In this document: positions 62,401 through 64,000 of the stretch, piece after piece | Layout: the number at the start of each line of letters is the position of its first letter | How positions within the stretch are numbered: the stretch's first letter is position 1 | Source: Amphiscolops sp. MND2022 | Lineage: Eukaryota | Direction: 5' to 3' | Assembly (NCBI GenBank): GCA_964187785.1 | Contig: OZ076409.1 | Location: forward strand, 74,030,001-74,094,000 | Length of the DNA: 64,000 nt | Translations under genes and position numbers: made by a program | The notes under the pieces: generated by a model | The model's input: only the letters and a program-made list of their open reading frames with translations | The model's database searches: none | Told to the model about the DNA's origin: nothing

Positions 62401-64000
62401 TTGTTGTCGTTTGACATACTTTTGTGTTGTTATAATAAAAAATTTTGTGTATTTATTCATTTTTTTCACATCAAATAACTTGAAACAGTTGAGTACATTC
62501 CATCCCCCCCTTCCGGGGGAGATGAGAATGTACTCGCAAAAAGCACCGAACTACGGCCCTTACCTTCCCGAGCTACGCAGTATAAGGATTGCATATTGGT
62601 TCCGACATTTTGATAGAGTTATATCTTGGTAATCTGTCTGGATATGCAGAAAAACCAGCACGTGCTTTTTTATACCAAGTTGCTTACAACGACAATTATT
62701 TTATATCAACGCCCCCATATTTATCAACGCCCCCCGTCCGTGGGCATGCCGAGGCATGCCCTTCGACGACGTATACCAAGATATACATCGAGCGCGTTAG
62801 CCTAGGTGCCGGGATTTCTATTCGATAAAGTATTTTGCGCGGTTGGGTAGGGCCCCGTGAGCGCGCCAGGGGATTGTGTTAGAACAACCGGAAATTCGGC
62901 ATACGATTTTGGCGATTTTCTAAACTATCCATACGATTTGGCTCAAATTTGGCATACGGGTTCCTGAGACAGATATAAGAACTAATTCCTACTGGCGTTT
63001 TGCCCGGAAAATTTTTTTTGTTGCCCAAAATTGAAATTTTCGGCAAAAAAATGCGATTTTTTTTGAAAAATTTTTTTTGAGAGGCCATATCTTTTTTCAG
63101 GGAGCCCGGAGCGGGACGCGTTAAACTAATTATAAACTCTACGGTTCATGGGCTTTACGGAGAACCTAGGCTCGTTTCGATCGGACAAATAGTCTTGGAG
63201 ATATAACTGCATTTTTTGGGAATTTTTTGGAAATTTTTCTAACGGTCCAGCTTATCTTTGCCATTTTTTCGAAAATGTACTCGCCTAAAGGCCTCCCCTG
63301 GCCGGTTTTATTCCCAGCAAAACCATTTGGCCCTAAATACGGAGTTTCAGCGTTCCAGCATTCCCGGGCGAAAAGTTGTGGGACTTAGAATAATTTTTTG
63401 GAAACGCAAAATGTGTAAAGTCAACTTCAGGCCTCCCAAAGTCAAGGAACTTCCACACAACTAGTATTGCAAGTGAATGCATGTGGAGAGTACTCGAATA
63501 GACGAGGAAAATGAGCTGTAGAACGTCTCTGTAGCTTAACCTGACGTTGACTTATGACCTTTTGAGTGTGAGCTTGCTATGCGAGAAAAAATGCAAAACA
63601 TGAAAATGGAAGCAAAGTATCGTCGAAAACCCATCATAAGATGTTCAACTCATCCTAGAGCGGTTTATTTACAGTTGTTTAGTAGAGCAACACCATTCAT
63701 GATCATGTGACCCATTTTTATGGGGAATGAGATTGTCTTATTCATCCGATAGCCCAAAGCAGTTGAGTACATTCCATCTCACCTCCGTGTGAGATGAGAA
63801 TGTACTCGCTAAAGTCCAGGTACTACAGCCCATATTGGTTTTATGCGCCGCTCTGTATGCAAAAGAGCATACTTGACATTTTATAGCTGATATTTTTTTA
63901 AACTGCACTTTGACTCTGACCTGACATACTGAATATTTAGTCCTTATAACATACACATAATTAACGTCAACGCCCCATCCTTGCATCAACGCCCACCGTC

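Larger units (their letters stand above)
19211..64000 (+). repeat. Head-to-tail array of heterogeneous non-autonomous Helitron-like cassettes (31 complete and 1 partial), mostly 1.26-1.32 kb
   Basis: Junctions at 19211, 20513, 21801, 23091, 24381, 25646, 26933, 28322, 29607, 30874, 33063, 34469, 37541 (CTGGGTG), 39720, 41012, 42288, 43577, 44864, 46133, 47401, 48680, 49969, 51236, 52523, 53809, 55071, 56361, 57648, 58963, 60240, 61514 and 62802. Typical ordered blocks are GGGkAGGGyCC, GATCTC..AAACTA..CGATTTGGCTGAAATTTGGCA, CCTACTG, CTAAAGGCCTCCCCTGGCCGG, an internal hairpin and the terminal hairpin. The array runs off the end of the window. Confidence 0.95.

Noticed and set aside
19211..64000. 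CRISPR array (conserved palindromic repeat with variable intervening DNA)
   Set aside because: The intervening sequences are ~1.2-3 kb and homologous to each other, there are no cas genes, and the context looks eukaryotic.
19211..64000. The many 60-170 aa ORFs in the cassettes as genes
   Set aside because: They recur only because the DNA is repeated. Stops and frameshifts differ between copies, many start at TTG or GTG, they are F/K-rich from A/T tracts, and none has a recognisable domain.
1..64000. Simple homogeneous satellite or rDNA/snRNA/tRNA gene cluster
   Set aside because: The units fall into many types in non-periodic order, and I recognised no rRNA, tRNA or snRNA sequence. An Rfam scan would be needed to exclude a small RNA gene formally.

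Overview
The window looks eukaryotic, probably animal, and has no ordinary host gene. It is almost entirely one head-to-tail, same-strand array of non-coding units separated by a conserved CTAGGTG junction (36 junctions counted by eye, one of them CTGGGTG). At 34 of the 36 junctions a GGGCATGCC-GA-GGCATGCCC hairpin lies about 40-55 nt upstream, which is the hairpin + CTRR layout of Helitron 3' ends. Most units are 1.26-1.32 kb but fall into many distinct sequence types. Near-identical copies of a type recur with different neighbours, and the sequence switches at the junction, so the units behave like shuffled cassettes rather than a homogeneous satellite. One unit (6946-19214, about 12.3 kb) is coding. 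It carries a Cys-rich ORF that joins by a -1 frameshift to an 1858-aa HUH-Rep / PIF1-family helicase / C-terminal GIY-YIG protein, a separate SGNH-hydrolase ORF, and non-coding DNA rich in repeated, covarying stem-loops. The best interpretation, which is inference, is a Helitron-related rolling-circle system that inserts at its own junction and so builds an integron-like cassette array. All comparisons were made by eye, with no alignment or database search.
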